Source: Macrostomum lignano
Taxonomy: Eukaryota
Assembly (NCBI GenBank): GCA_002269645.1
Contig: NIVC01000939.1
Coordinates: 248,001-312,000, forward strand
Direction of reading: 5' to 3'
Length of the DNA stretch: 64,000 nt
Shown one piece after another: positions 11,475 through 23,689 of this stretch. The notes under the pieces were generated by a model. That model saw only the letters and a program-made list of their open reading frames with translations. It was not told the DNA's origin and ran no database searches. The stretch's first letter is position 1, and the number at the start of each line of letters is the position of its first letter. The position numbers and the translations under genes were made by a program.

Positions 11475-13295
11475 ATGCAGGCAGTGCAGGACCGAGTCGT
11501 TGCGATGCCATCAACTACAATGACTGAGACCCCCAGCACCGGAGCGCTGCTGACGCAGGTCCTGGCCGCGGCTGCCAGCGAGACCACAGCCCACGGGCTC
11601 AGCAGGCTGGCGGGCCAGAGGCCGCTCTACATCAAGCTCTGCTGGCTGCTGGCCTTCCTGACCCTGCTCGCTGTGTTCACCTTTAGCATGCACGGCTTCA
11701 CAAGCAAGCTCGTCAGAGGCGAGGTCAGCACTTCCTACGAGGCCGAGGCTGTGGACTTCCAGTTTCCCGACGTGTACTTCTGCAACAATGTCCAGGTGTC
11801 GGGCACCTACTCCGTCACGCTCGTCAGTGAGGTCGTCACCGACATCAACGCCAGGATGACCGCCTCGCTCGCCGCCTTCGACTCGGCGCTGCAACGGCTG
11901 CTCAACTCGTCGCTCGCGAACGCCACCGAGTCTCAAATCGAGCAGATGAAGCTGTACAGACTGAAGTCCGCCATCCAGTCAATGCCGTATAGCTTGCTGG
12001 TGGACCATCTCGCTCACAAGGAGCAGCAGACGGTGCTGAAGAACGACAGCAAGTCGGGCGTCTCCCTCAGACCCTTCTACCACCCGAATCACCTCAAGTG
12101 TCTCAAGGTCGAGCTGACCGAGCAGAGACTCGCTGAGCTGAGCAAGGTCAACTCGGAGATCAGCTTCCAGTTCATTCTGGATCCGCACTTTACCGACTTT
12201 GATGACGCATTGAATATCAGCGTGTATTCACAAGTAATGAGCGTGACGGTCCCGCTGTACAACAAAATACAAATATTCGTGTACGACTGGGACCTGGACT
12301 CGCCCTACGAGATCGACAGGCCGATGGGAATGAGGCTGTACCTGGCTCCTCGAGGCGAGTACCCGAGCAGGTTCGTGACCAACTTCCTGCTCGCTCCCGG
12401 CAGGTCCTACAGCATCGGGCTCAGCATGCAGAGCATCAAGAAGGAGCCCGAGGCGTACGGCGGACGCTGCCTGACGGAGGCTCCCGACGTGCAGTTCGTC
12501 AATCCGTACGACGGCTCGGCGTACGCGTTCGGCTACAGCAACAGCTTCTGCTACTTCTCAGAGTTCGCTCGGCAGCTGTCTGTGAACGGCGGCTGCAGTC
12601 CGTACGTGAACCCGCTGCCGTGGCAGTTCAGGCACCTGCGCTTCTGTCTGAATGCGAGCGGCCTGAACGAGTCTCAGATCGAGTCGAACCTCCTGCAGGC
12701 GTTCACGGCTGACACGGCCGCGCTGAGCGACTTCCAGCAGCTGTGCCAGAGCAGGCAGCTGTGCGTGTCACGGAAGTACGAGACCAGCACCTCCAGCGCG
12801 AACTGGCCCAACGAGAACGGGCAGATCCGGCTTGTCACGGGCATCATGAAGCCCATCTTGGGTGGCTTTCCCTATGTATCGAGACCCGCTTGGAGTGCAA
12901 TATATTCCAATATAATTTACCGCCTTATAATAGAAGGGCCTGACATCTCTGCCGCAGAAGCTCTGGCCAACAAGTTCTTCTCCCGCTCGGGCCTGGAGGT
13001 GACGCTGCGCAGCCAGGAGACGCGCAGCTCGCAGATCCGGCTGTCGCCCGGCTACTCTCTGCAGACGTTCATCGCCGACATTGGCGGCACTGCGGGCATC
13101 TACCTCGGCTGCAGCCTGCTGAGCCTGTGCGAGCTCGTCGAGCTGCTGTACAACCTGATCACCAAGACCGGGGGGCAGCGAAGCTCCAGCAACATCGTCC
13201 GCGTGAGGCCCGCGCCACCGATGGGCAGCAGCTCGGGCACGCCGGACTGTAGCGAGGTGGAGCTGGGCGACAAGACGGCCGAAAAGGCAGCTTGA
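11475..13295 (+). CDS. DEG/ENaC subunit B, intronless, 606 aa
   Basis: Single ORF with pre-TM1 TTAHG, TM1 with W, FPDVYFCNN, Cys-rich thumb, ANWP, and TM2 ADIGGTAGIYLGCSLLSLCE. Confidence 0.93.
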   Translation: MQAVQDRVVAMPSTTMTETPSTGALLTQVLAAAASETTAHGLSRLAGQRPLYIKLCWLLAFLTLLAVFTFSMHGFTSKLVRGEVSTSYEAEAVDFQFPDVYFCNNVQVSGTYSVTLVSEVVTDINARMTASLAAFDSALQRLLNSSLANATESQIEQMKLYRLKSAIQSMPYSLLVDHLAHKEQQTVLKNDSKSGVSLRPFYHPNHLKCLKVELTEQRLAELSKVNSEISFQFILDPHFTDFDDALNISVYSQVMSVTVPLYNKIQIFVYDWDLDSPYEIDRPMGMRLYLAPRGEYPSRFVTNFLLAPGRSYSIGLSMQSIKKEPEAYGGRCLTEAPDVQFVNPYDGSAYAFGYSNSFCYFSEFARQLSVNGGCSPYVNPLPWQFRHLRFCLNASGLNESQIESNLLQAFTADTAALSDFQQLCQSRQLCVSRKYETSTSSANWPNENGQIRLVTGIMKPILGGFPYVSRPAWSAIYSNIIYRLIIEGPDISAAEALANKFFSRSGLEVTLRSQETRSSQIRLSPGYSLQTFIADIGGTAGIYLGCSLLSLCELVELLYNLITKTGGQRSSSNIVRVRPAPPMGSSSGTPDCSEVELGDKTAEKAA

Positions 13296-14554
13296 GGAAT
13301 TCTCGGATTTGACAACCCGATCTCCAACTGTTTACGATATTGTTCCGCGAGTATTGACTCTCCTGACGTTTATTTCATCTTTTAGAGCTCTCATCGGTCT
13401 CTTGTTTGCGAATATTTTATGCAGTTTAAGTTATCACTTTATTAAATATTTCTTGTTTCGAATAGCTCCTCTCTTTCCGTTGTCTATTCTTCTTTGAGCT
13501 TGGATGAGTTTTCATCAGCTTCTGTCGGTGTCTTTAAAGCTGCTGTAGCTGGGGCGAGCCGCCTGGAAGCTTCAGTGCCTGAGCCTGATCCCTTCGGTTC
13601 GTGCCGCGCAATCTGCTGAGCGAGCGAGTAGTGCTGAGCCATCTGGTGCGGGCGGGCAGCCATCTGCTCCGTTTTCCCTCTCCTTGCGATTTGGCTCTTC
13701 GTTTGCCCCTTGGGGTAAGGGACAGGCGCAGACTCTGTCCAACTGTTTGTGAATCGCATGTGAAAGTGCGAAAACTTCACCTCTCATTAGGCGACTGGGT
13801 CACTTAGGACTAGACTCGCTTGGCAGTGGATCTCTTACCTTCTTGGTACAATGTACATCAGCGCAGAGTGCCAAGCTCTGGTGCGGACGTCTGCAGACTG
13901 TTTTTCTCTTAGGGCTCTCTTTGCCAGGGCAGTAGACGTTGTTGCGTGAGTGCTTCTCTGTGTCCAGCGAGGCGTCCCTTATTTGGATCCTGTAGGCCTC
14001 ACAGAGGAAGGCATGGATGTTGCTCAGCAAATTCATTCCCCTTTGCCTGACCGAAGAGATGAATGAGGCTGAGTGGATGGGGAGCTTCAGCTACTGAGAG
14101 TAGCCAGCGTGGCAACCTACGAGTAATTCTCGGCGGGTGGAAGAGGCATGGACTTCGGTGCCAGTGTGGACTGTGAGTGGACATCCCTCTAAAATAGCGC
14201 AGCCTACAGTGAAAGGCGTGCCCTTCACGTGAAGGGTCCTGTGCCCTTGCGCGTCCTGTACGTGACTTGATGTAAGCCGCTGGCGTCTGAGGAATTCACG
14301 TCTGAGGAATTGGGAGAACTCACATCTGGTATCTGACTCCTCATCCTCTGTTGCCGCATGAGACGGCTTTTCAGAGCACATTAATTCGGTTTCTGACTGG
14401 TTCAACACCCGTCAACACTCAAGCGAAATAGCTTGAGGAGTCTAGCAGGGCGCCTGGCTGCAGGTCCGTCGCTGCTCCGTGGCTGGCTCAGTGGCTTCGA
14501 CCTCAGTCTTAACCCAGCATGTTACTAACCTCAGTAGTGTGTTCCGCAAAGGTT

Positions 14555-15180
14555 ACAACGCGTCTCTGGGGAGATTAGTGTGCGTCTCAGGGGAGATTAG
14601 TGTGCATCTCAGGGGAGATTAGTGTGCATCTCAGGAGAGATTAGCGCGCATCTCAGGGGAGATTGCGTCTCAGGGGAGATTAATGTGCATCTCAGGGAGA
14701 TTAGTGTGCATCTCAGGGAGATTAGTGTGCATCTCAGGGGAGATTAGTGTGCATCTCAGGAGAGATTAGCGCGCATGTCAGGGGAGATTAGTGTGCATCT
14801 CAGGAGAGATTAGCGCGCATGTCAGGGGAGATTAGTGTGCATCTCAGGAGAGATTAGCGCGCATGTCAGGGGAGATTAGTGTGCATCTCAGGAAGATTTT
14901 TGTGCATCTCAGGGGAGATTAGTGTGCATCTCAGGGAGATTAGTGTGCATCTCAGGGAGATTAGTGCGCGTCTCTGGGGAGATTGGTGTGTATCTCAGGG
15001 AGATTAGTGCGCGTCTCTGGGGAGATTGGTGTGTATCTCAGGGAGATTAGTGCGCGTCTCTGGGGAGATTGGTGTGTATCTCAGGGAGATTAGTGTGCAT
15101 CTCAGGAGATTAGTGTGCATCTCAGGGAGATTAGTGTGCATCTCAGGGAGATTAGTGCGCGTCTCTGGGGAGATTGGTGT
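14555..15180. repeat. 21-22-bp minisatellite (GGAGATTAGTGTGCATCTCAG)
   Basis: About 28 direct units. Confidence 0.95.
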
Positions 15181-15728
15181 GCGTCCAGCTCTCTTTTGCC
15201 GGCGTCAGGGCGCCGAGAACCTGCATTGGAAATCTCATTACCAGATTATGCGAGAATAGAAACTAAGAAACCCCATCCCGCAGACGGATCTGCAGAGCCA
15301 GGACACACGTGAAGAGGTTGTTGTCCCTGAATAGAGACAAGATGCGTGGGACTGCATAATCGAGCAGACTGTGGGAGACAATGGATGCTGGGAATTCAGT
15401 TTTAAGGGGGACTTGATGCTAAGCTAGGATTCCTCATTTCTTGATGAGGCTTGAGCTCTTCCTGATCCACATGCAATACAAATGCCTTTGAATGACTAAA
15501 GTTAACCTAAACTTAAGCTACGAGTAAAACAAGGACTTGAAATTTTCATAGAAACACTTCAACCCAGTCTCGCCGTCGAGATCGATTGCTTGGGCGCGAC
15601 AGGAAGGAGTTTCGCTCCGCATCGGTGAGCAGCCGCCAGCCTCCCGGCCAGCGCCAACCCCAAAGCCTTCTTCCCACTTCATAACCCGTGCCTGAAGCCT
15701 CTCACTTGCTGCAGGTTTCTCACCCAGC

Positions 15729-17983
15729 ATGCTGCCAGGCCCTGTCGCAGTGCTGCTCCTCGCCTGCTGCAGCCTCGCAGCCGGTCAGGAAATTTTTCGA
15801 TCGAGGATTCTGTGCAGCACCGACTGCTTCAACATCAGCGTGACGAGCCAGGCAGCGGCCTACTCTGCCAGCGTCTGCCACGGCCTCGGAATGCAGCAGC
15901 TCGGTCAGGACAGCCTTGAGCTGTTCGTTCGGCACCTGCCGCAGCTAACAAGGTTGGAGTGTCAATATTTGAACGTGAAAATTTACGCCCACGCGATGAA
16001 GGATTAGAATTACTTTTGCTTCATAGTAATCTTAAGCTGAATTCCGCGTTTCAAATGAATTTGTTCGGGCACTCCTAGACACCCCTCGTAGTTCTGTTTG
16101 GCCCCGAGCGCACAGGTTGAGCCAGAGAGGCCAAGTTGGGGCAGTGCGAGCCAGGGGAATCTGATACTAAAATCTCCCAATTTTTTTAACCCCAGCCAGG
16201 CCGGACCCCAATGATTTGCTTACTTACATCCGGCTTTTCTCTCTAAATCCCTTCGGTGCAATTCTGACATTTCCTTTGTTTATATCGGAGTTTTTTGTGT
16301 CGCGACCGACTTTGACCAGACCGTCTGCGTTGTAAAATATTTTACTTGGCGGTCAGCTGCATGGGCTTCTGGCCGCAAGCCGATGGGCGCTTTACTGCCG
16401 CTTGGAAGCGCGACCAGAGGGGACGTGCGGTCTGCTAGTTGTTTAAGTACCATCTACCGGTACTTGCAGGGCAGTGCACCTCAAAGCTATTCGGGATTTA
16501 GTTAAAGGCCCAGCGTTACTAAAAATGCATTAGCTGATTTATCAGGTCGAAACTTTGTAGAATGCATGACATCGAATTGGGTTTTATCCAAGTCTCCAGC
16601 GTAGTTCTCCAACTTCAAAACTGATAAACTTGTGCAGCTACCTCAGACCTTATAGTTTTGGAGGTGTCAAAGGTATCGGAGCCGTACAAGTGGCTGCGAT
16701 CGCATCGAAGTCTTCCCCACTTGTCACTCTACGCGCCTTGAACCCCCGCAGCGGCCTCAGCCAATCCCTGTACTGGACCGGCGCCACAATGGCGCCGCGG
16801 GCGTCGCCGGCGGATCGCGTGTTCGTGTGGCGCAACCAGACCAGCCAGCTCTACGTCTCCCCGGCCGCCGTGCTGACCGGGTCCAAGGCCTTCAGCGATC
16901 CGGACATCATCCCGACAGTGGCTGTGATAGCCAAGAACACGAAAAACAGCAGAGACTGGCAAGTGAAGAAAGTGACCAAAGGCGAGGGGCTGCCCATCTG
17001 CATGTGCACCTGCCCGAATCCTGCAGCTGCCTGCTGCAGCCAGATGTCGGCGTACTTCTGCAGCAGCGCGAGCGGAACAAATTTCTGCTTCCGCGTGATA
17101 GTCGACACTGCGAGGCCGTACCTGGAGGTCGCGTCCTGGTGTGGCAGGATAGCAGGAGAGATCCCGCTGGACCTGAGCGAGGACGGATCGGTCGAAGCCT
17201 TCAGCAAGTAGGAGCTCTTTAGTTTTAAGCAGCTTGGCATGTCCCTTTGTCCCTTTTAGATAATTGCACCGATTCACATTCGATTCCAACTGGAATTTGC
17301 AGCGTGTTCGACTCGCTCATCGATCCGTGCCATCCTTGCGTGCTTGCCTATGAGGAGTCGCCCTATCGCTTCAACGGCGGCCACGGCGCCAAGCTGCAGA
17401 TCAAGAATATGAGCCTGGTGGACGGCTACCTGCAGAAAAAAGTCTCCGAGTCCAAATGGGGCATCGTTGTGGTCCGAGACTCGGCTACGCTCGCCTTCTC
17501 CGGCCTGCAGGAGGTGGACACCTCGGCTAGTAGTGCTCAATTTGTCTGCGCCATTCCGGCTGAGCCAGAAACGACAACAACGCCCCCTGTCACTGTAGAG
17601 TCTAAAGCAGCCACCTTAACAACTTCAATGCCCTCAACAACAGTAACTTTGACGACACCAGCTGCAACATCTACAACACCTTCAGCAACACCTTCAGCAA
17701 CACCTACAACACCTTCAACAAGATCTTTAACAACATCAACAACTGCACAATCGACAGACAGGATGACAGCATCCACGGAAGAGTCCGAAACTACCCCAGG
17801 TGCGCAGCCGGCTCGGCTCCAGCTACTCAAAAGTCCCAGGAAGAATTGATCGCTAAGAATATTCAAACTTACGAGAGTTCCAAACAGAAAGCCATTGTAT
17901 ATCTCCTACCAGCTCTGTTTATGGTCCTAGCACTGCTTGTGATTTACTACTTCGGAAATCTGGCATTCACCCAGGGTGTCTGA
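15729..17983 (+). CDS. Secreted/surface protein: signal peptide, two C-type-lectin-like domains, Thr/Ser/Pro mucin stalk and a probable C-terminal TM helix
   Basis: Exons 15729-15952, 16752-17207, and 17303-17849 (or 17303-17799 plus a TM exon ending 17983); introns 1-2 are phase 2. Signal MLPGPVAVLLLACCSLAAG; CTLD-like YWTGA...FVWRNQTS...PICMC and CFRV...YLEVASWC...FVC; AIVYLLPALFMVLALLVIYYFG in a second frame. Confidence 0.65.
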
Positions 17984-19165
17984 GTCGCATTGCATGAAAA
18001 GTCCCAGAGGAACAATGACTCTTTCTGGAGCTTCTTAACAGTATATGAAAATCTTTGAGATCTTTGAAATCTTAGTGTATGAAAAACTTTCTTGAAGCTC
18101 AGTAGATTTTCTGAAACAATTGTACCAGCTTTGAAGATCTGTCAATTCACTCAGCCATCTGGCTGGCGGTTTGAAATGCAGTTTGTCAAGCTGCCTGTTC
18201 ATTGTCTGCCTGTCTGTCTCAATGCCATTCAACACACAAAACCGTTCATTTGGCTATATAAGCGTATACTGACGGCTCAAGACTATTCATTTGGCAGCCA
18301 CTACTACGCTGGATCGATATTCAGTCCAGACAAGGGCAGGGCCGATCCCCACCAGTCTAAAATGCTTGCGGTGCCGAACCAACCAACCAGACTTTTCGCT
18401 TGCGGCAGCAGCTTCCTGGTTAAGTCACCCTGCCAAACAGTGCAGAGGTGGCGATCCCAGAGAGCTTATGCAAGTTTTATTTTTTAATCCTGCAGTCCCG
18501 CAGAAAGAAATGAAATTTTAACACAGAAATTGGACAAAAACAGCGATGATTAGCATGGCTGAGGCTGCGAATTGTGCAGCCAATCGATGCGCGAAAGCGG
18601 TTTTATTTTGTGGCATTTCCGACACTCCAACACAGCGCGCAGGAAGGTGCTTATTAAAAAATTGTTTTTTGTTTAGAAGCCGGCTGCGGTCGATGCGCTG
18701 ACATTTCCCTCAGGTCCGGGGCAGTAAATTTTGCGCAGAAACTGGCTGTTAAATCGGGATTACACCGGAATCAACCTTCATAAGTCGGACAGAACCAACA
18801 CGACTGAACTAGAAGAACCATCCTATGATTGATGCAGGGACCTAAGCAAGTTTTCAAATCAGTCCTATAATAGATGAGACCTAAGAGTAAGCAGGATGAA
18901 GCATTTCAAAGCGCGAACTCGAAAGGGATTAAAGCTCTTTGAAAAAATTCGAATGGGGTACAAGATGAAGCTGGAAACTCGTGGTAGGGTGCGAGCTCTG
19001 GTCTAATAGAAAATTAGGCGCTTTGTAACTCTTTGTACCAATATAAATATAAGACATTCAATCCTGGCCTGTTGTACGGACAGCTTAAGATAAGGCGCTT
19101 GCAGTTACACGCAGAATAAAAAAGCCAATGGCGAAAGTAAAAAGTTTGTTAATATGCTGGACAGT

Positions 19166-22100
19166 CTAGAAAACATTGGACTTCTTTCTTGGCTGCAGCA
19201 GCACCGCTGCCATCTGCTCCAGAAGCTCCCGTTGCTGTCGCAGCTCCTCGCCCTGATCGTCCAGCCAGTTTGCTGCGGCCTCCTGGCGCCGAATCACCTC
19301 GGCCAGCTGCTGCTGCATAGCCGCGCCCTCCTGGCTGAAGTCCTCCGGTTCCAGACCGACACCGTCTAGCTTAGGTCGCAGCTTGCGCAGCGTCACGGAC
19401 TGGTAGAACAGGTAGAACAGATATACAAAGTTGCGCTGGTTCTGCACCAGCACTTCGATCAAGGAGCGGCGACCGCTGCGGCGGCGGCAGCAGGAGAGAC
19501 GAGACAGAAGCCACATCAGAAAGTTGCGGGTCTCCAGCAGAATATTTAGCGGGGCTGGCAGGGCGGAGCGCTTGAAGAACTCCTGGTTGAGGTCGTATCG
19601 CTCAAACAGCCACAAAGACTTTGACTCGGAGTCCACCATGTCGATGGTTTTGCTAAACATGGCCACGATGACGTTCAGAAGAAGAACCTGCACAATGACG
19701 ATGTAGGCCACCATCAGTACGTACGGCACCAGCACGTTTCCGGGCGACTCCACGCACTTCTCCACTGAGTCCTCGGCCTCACCGCTTGTCTCATTTCTCT
19801 TGCACACGTTCTGCATATCGTCGAGGCCGTATTCGCCTGCATGGAAGGCAAAATGCAGTTTAACTTAATATAACACCAACTACCATTCAATTACAAACGC
19901 AAAATTTATCTGCATTTTTTTCTAAGGTTACAAGAAACGTCCCAAAGCCAATAATGAATGACTTAACTGACATGTAGACAAACTGTAACAAAAATCCTGG
20001 TACCTAGTTCAGTATACCTTGCATGTGCATGTAGATGCGTCATCGAAATTGATTCTGGTTGGCCCCCTAAACTCACCGACGATCGTGTAGAAGGTTCGAT
20101 GAAACATTTCGATGAGGATATCGTAGGCGGGCAGCTGGATAGCCTTCCCGTTGCTGCCGATGTATTGACCGTTCGGCCAGAGCAGGGCATGGAATGCGAT
20201 GCCAAAGCCCAGCATGATGACGAAAAGGATGTATAAAAAGGGAATGAAGTCTTTCTTGATCATCAGCGACAGCATCTTCAGTTTGACGCCCACCGACTCC
20301 AGCACAATCGAGATGAACAATATGCGGATCCAGAAGATCAGGGTGGTAACGACGATTAAGATGTAGCACATGTCCTGCGCAGCCTTGCCGTGGCCAATGA
20401 CGTACGTGGACAGGCGAGATGCGGGGCTGAACTGCCTGGTGACGAAAGCCAGGAAGCCACATGATATGGCTACCAGGTCGATGGCGTTCCACCCGTCTGA
20501 TATGTAGACTAGCAGCGTCTCCTCCTCGCAAGCTGCAATCATCTCTCGCAACTCTTCAACGAAGATTCCAAGCAGGGCAAAGTAGCAGAAAATCTCCGTG
20601 CTACTGGCGGTGCCTTGGAAGTCGTGCAGGATCATGTAGGACAGCAGGCTCACAAAGACAAAGTAAAATATGGCGTGCAGGCGGAACTTCACACAGGGAG
20701 TGTTGTAGAACAGCAGCATCTCCTTCATGTAGTCCACGGCACGCACCAGCAGGCCATTGTGGCGGTGTGGCCTGTGGGCTTCATCCTCTTCGGTTGCCAG
20801 CTTGTTCTTTTTGCCAGAAACTGGCAGCAGTTGCACGAGCTCCTGTGCCTTCTCTGGAGCTTCCGTGTCGTTCTGTAAAATAGCAGCATTGCAGACAGTC
20901 TCAACTGGGTCATTGAGAACCGTCTCGAGGAAGCTGCGCGTGCCGGGGCGCCGATAGCGTTTGATGAGGCGCGGCAGAAGCAGCATGAACGGAGGCAAGA
21001 AGCCAGACACAATGACCAGCTCGCGCGTGAGGACGCTGCTAAAATCGAAGAAGTCGCCGTACCAATTTTTGTCCGTAGCCAACTCCACGATGTCCAGCTT
21101 GATGAATTCGCTTGCGCAGCCTCGGGCCGAGAGATCCAGGATGTTATAGCCGGCATAGTTCGGCAATGGTAGGCTGACGTAGCTAATGGTAAGACTGTTG
21201 TTTGGCGAGTTGTCCACTTCCTTGACCTCTTTAATGACCTGGATGGCCATGCCCTCGCAGATTTCCGCGACTCGACCGGCTTTGTCGACGAAGACGTCCT
21301 CGATGTCACGCCGACGGCTGAGTGAACGCAGTACGGTCGTGGCGAGCAGAGCTAGCGGTACCAGATCGAACTCCTCTTGGCGAAGCAGAGTGGGCACGAG
21401 TCTCAGGCGCCCAGTAAGGATGGCCCACATTACGAGCGACTGTAGAGGGTCTCGCATTGGTCGCTTATGGCAGCTACTGTCCGGGTTGTCGCTACAGCTG
21501 TCTTGCATGTCAAACATGAGGGGACGCTTGCTGAAGGACCAATAGGATGTAATTCTAGCCAGAAACTTGTTCATCTTGACAAAGTCGATTTTCACACCGC
21601 TCTCGTCGGTGCAGTTACGACGCAGCAGCTCGCGCACTCCAGCCTTCATTTTGCGCAGCGCCTTGGCATAGAGATGGTCGATGCTTAACTCGATGTGGCG
21701 AGACAGAGATGACCAGAGGCTGCGATTTGCTACAAGGCGCTGCAAAAGTGGCTCATTCTGTGGGAACAGTACCAGCTGCACCACCTTCCAGGCGGCGCGA
21801 CAAAGTATTCCTGAGCTCTCCAGATCCGCGCGAAGCCCAGCATTGAAAGCCTCCTGCAGCTCGCGAATCAAACGGTCGGCATCCACTTTTCTCTTGGTGA
21901 TGACGGACTCCAGCATCTCCAGTTGCATGCACCGATCCGCTTCTCTGATCTGCACGGCCAACTTTGAGCTGCAGAGACCGTCAATGTGCAGCAAGTGGTC
22001 CAGGTAAGCGCCACCTTCGCGGGAGCTGACAATCTGAGCCATGTTCTCGGCGTTGACAAAGTGACGCAGGTCGCGGATGATCTGCCGGCCGAGGCAATCA

Positions 22101-22744
22101 ATGCCGGAAGTGTCGCCAGTCTCAGTCAGAAGGTCGATAGCTGTTTTTCCGTTGGCATCCATCACATTGAAGTCGGCCCCGTGCCGCAGCAGCAGCGCCA
22201 GCAGTTCCGGATTCTCGCACAGGGCGGCAATGTGGAGCGGCGTGTTGCCACTTGCATTTTGCTGGTTGACGAACTCCGGGCCAGCCTTCACAACAAGTCG
22301 CGCCGCGTGACAGTCCTCAGCAAAGCAGGCCACGTGGAGCGCCATATCACCGTAGGCATCCTCGAAGCTGCAGTCGGCATCGTGGCTCAGAAGCTCACGA
22401 ACTATTTCCAGCTGCTTGGCTGCCACCGCCAGGTGCAGAGGCGTCTCCTTGGCCTGGTTGGTGGCGTTAACGTCGGCGCCGCGGTCCAGCAGCAGGCGCA
22501 GACAAGCAAGTTTATCGCTACGCGCGCACACGTGCAGCACCGAGTCCCCGTTGCGCGCCCGAGCTCCGATTTCAGCCCCAGCGTCCAGGAGCCGGCCCAG
22601 CGCGTCCAGAGAGCCTTCGGCGGCAGCAGCGTGAATCAGGCGACGACCGTTGGTGGCGTCGGCCAGGCCGTTTGGCGTTACTCCCGGTGATGCCATGAAG
22701 TCCGCCAGGGTGACCGTCGGCTCGTTCACTGCAAGACGGTCCAT
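19166..22744 (-). CDS. TRP cation channel with TRPM-type body and N-terminal ankyrin repeats, ~1112 aa
   Basis: Exons 22744-20077 and 19836-19166 (phase-1 GT-AG intron). Five full ANK repeats (e.g. ETPLHLAV, NTPLHIAA); MHR4-like PLQSLVMWAIL...EGMAIQVI...YNILDLS...NWYG; S1-S6; pore GEYGLDD; LLLNVIVAMFS; TRP helix WLFERY...LPAPL; C-terminal coiled coil. Confidence 0.92.
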
Positions 22745-23689
22745 GGCTGCGCTTTATCTCTGCGTGTCAGCCTGTGCTGCGGCTAAATCAGTTTTAATTT
22801 ATAAACTAATTGCAGGTCTTCGAGTGTCTCTTCTGCTATTAGACTTCAGGCACTGGCTATCGGGCGTTTCCACCAGCGAACCCTCCAACTTGCCTGCCAG
22901 TGGCCAGCCAGATCAGCCCGGGTTTCCTCCAAGTCCCGGGGATTGGCGGCCTTGCGTATGGCTGCCTGCACTCCGCAATACTCCCTCTGTCCGGGAGCAG
23001 GCCAGCAGGCAAGGCACTGCCTGCAGAGGGAATCTGGAGGGGAAGGCAGCGACCAGTCGGGCCAGGGCTGAACGCGAAATCGATAGTGCAAAGACAAGGG
23101 GGCGCTGCGGAGCTGCCTGGCCAGGGAGCGCTAGTATTAAAACTGTCCGTGAATGATGGAGCACGCAAGAGGCTGGTCCTGGGAATCCCGGGACCCCGCC
23201 GCACTCCCAGTCCCATCCATTCCCCCCAGGTGGGATGAAGGTGAAAAAACTTCGAGCTTCAAATTGGCCTGAGGGCAAGAAGTGCAGACGATACAGCAGA
23301 CAGCAAAAATCCTGTGCGCAAAAGGTTAGAAGACACTTTATATTGCCCGACAGTTTATTAGTCCAAACTGCCTACTGACAGTAGATGACATAGTGTGTTA
23401 TATAAGCTCCAGCGTCTCCGAAAATTATTAAAATTTCATAACAAGTGCAGTGTAATTAATGGGCCTACCACTTTTGACCATGGACTACTCAAGTAGAAGG
23501 ACGGCCGGTACTGCGTTTCTTGTAACATTTTAGGAGGCAGGTTTTTTCCGAAAAATACACTACGGAGATGGGAAGTTTTTTGCACAAAAATTGTTAATGC
23601 TTTTGATAGGAAGCAGACCCAATGTTCATCTTTTGATATGTTGTGCCTCTCTTATAGCTCTATTGACATTTGTAAAGCTTTTCGTTTAG

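Noticed and set aside
12876-12957. Possible intron in the AT-richer patch of ENaC-B
   Set aside because: GT...AG spans 82 nt and removal would shift the frame; the ORF is open, and the paralogue has coding sequence at the equivalent position.
13484-14408. Cluster of short minus-strand ORFs, with faint non-LTR RT-like words (SLDTEK, LPQG)
   Set aside because: The motifs are too weak and scattered over frames to support a call without a search.
19431-23278. Numerous plus-strand ORFs overlapping the TRP gene (and similar antisense ORFs over the other CDSs)
   Set aside because: They are shadow ORFs expected from GC3-rich coding sequence.
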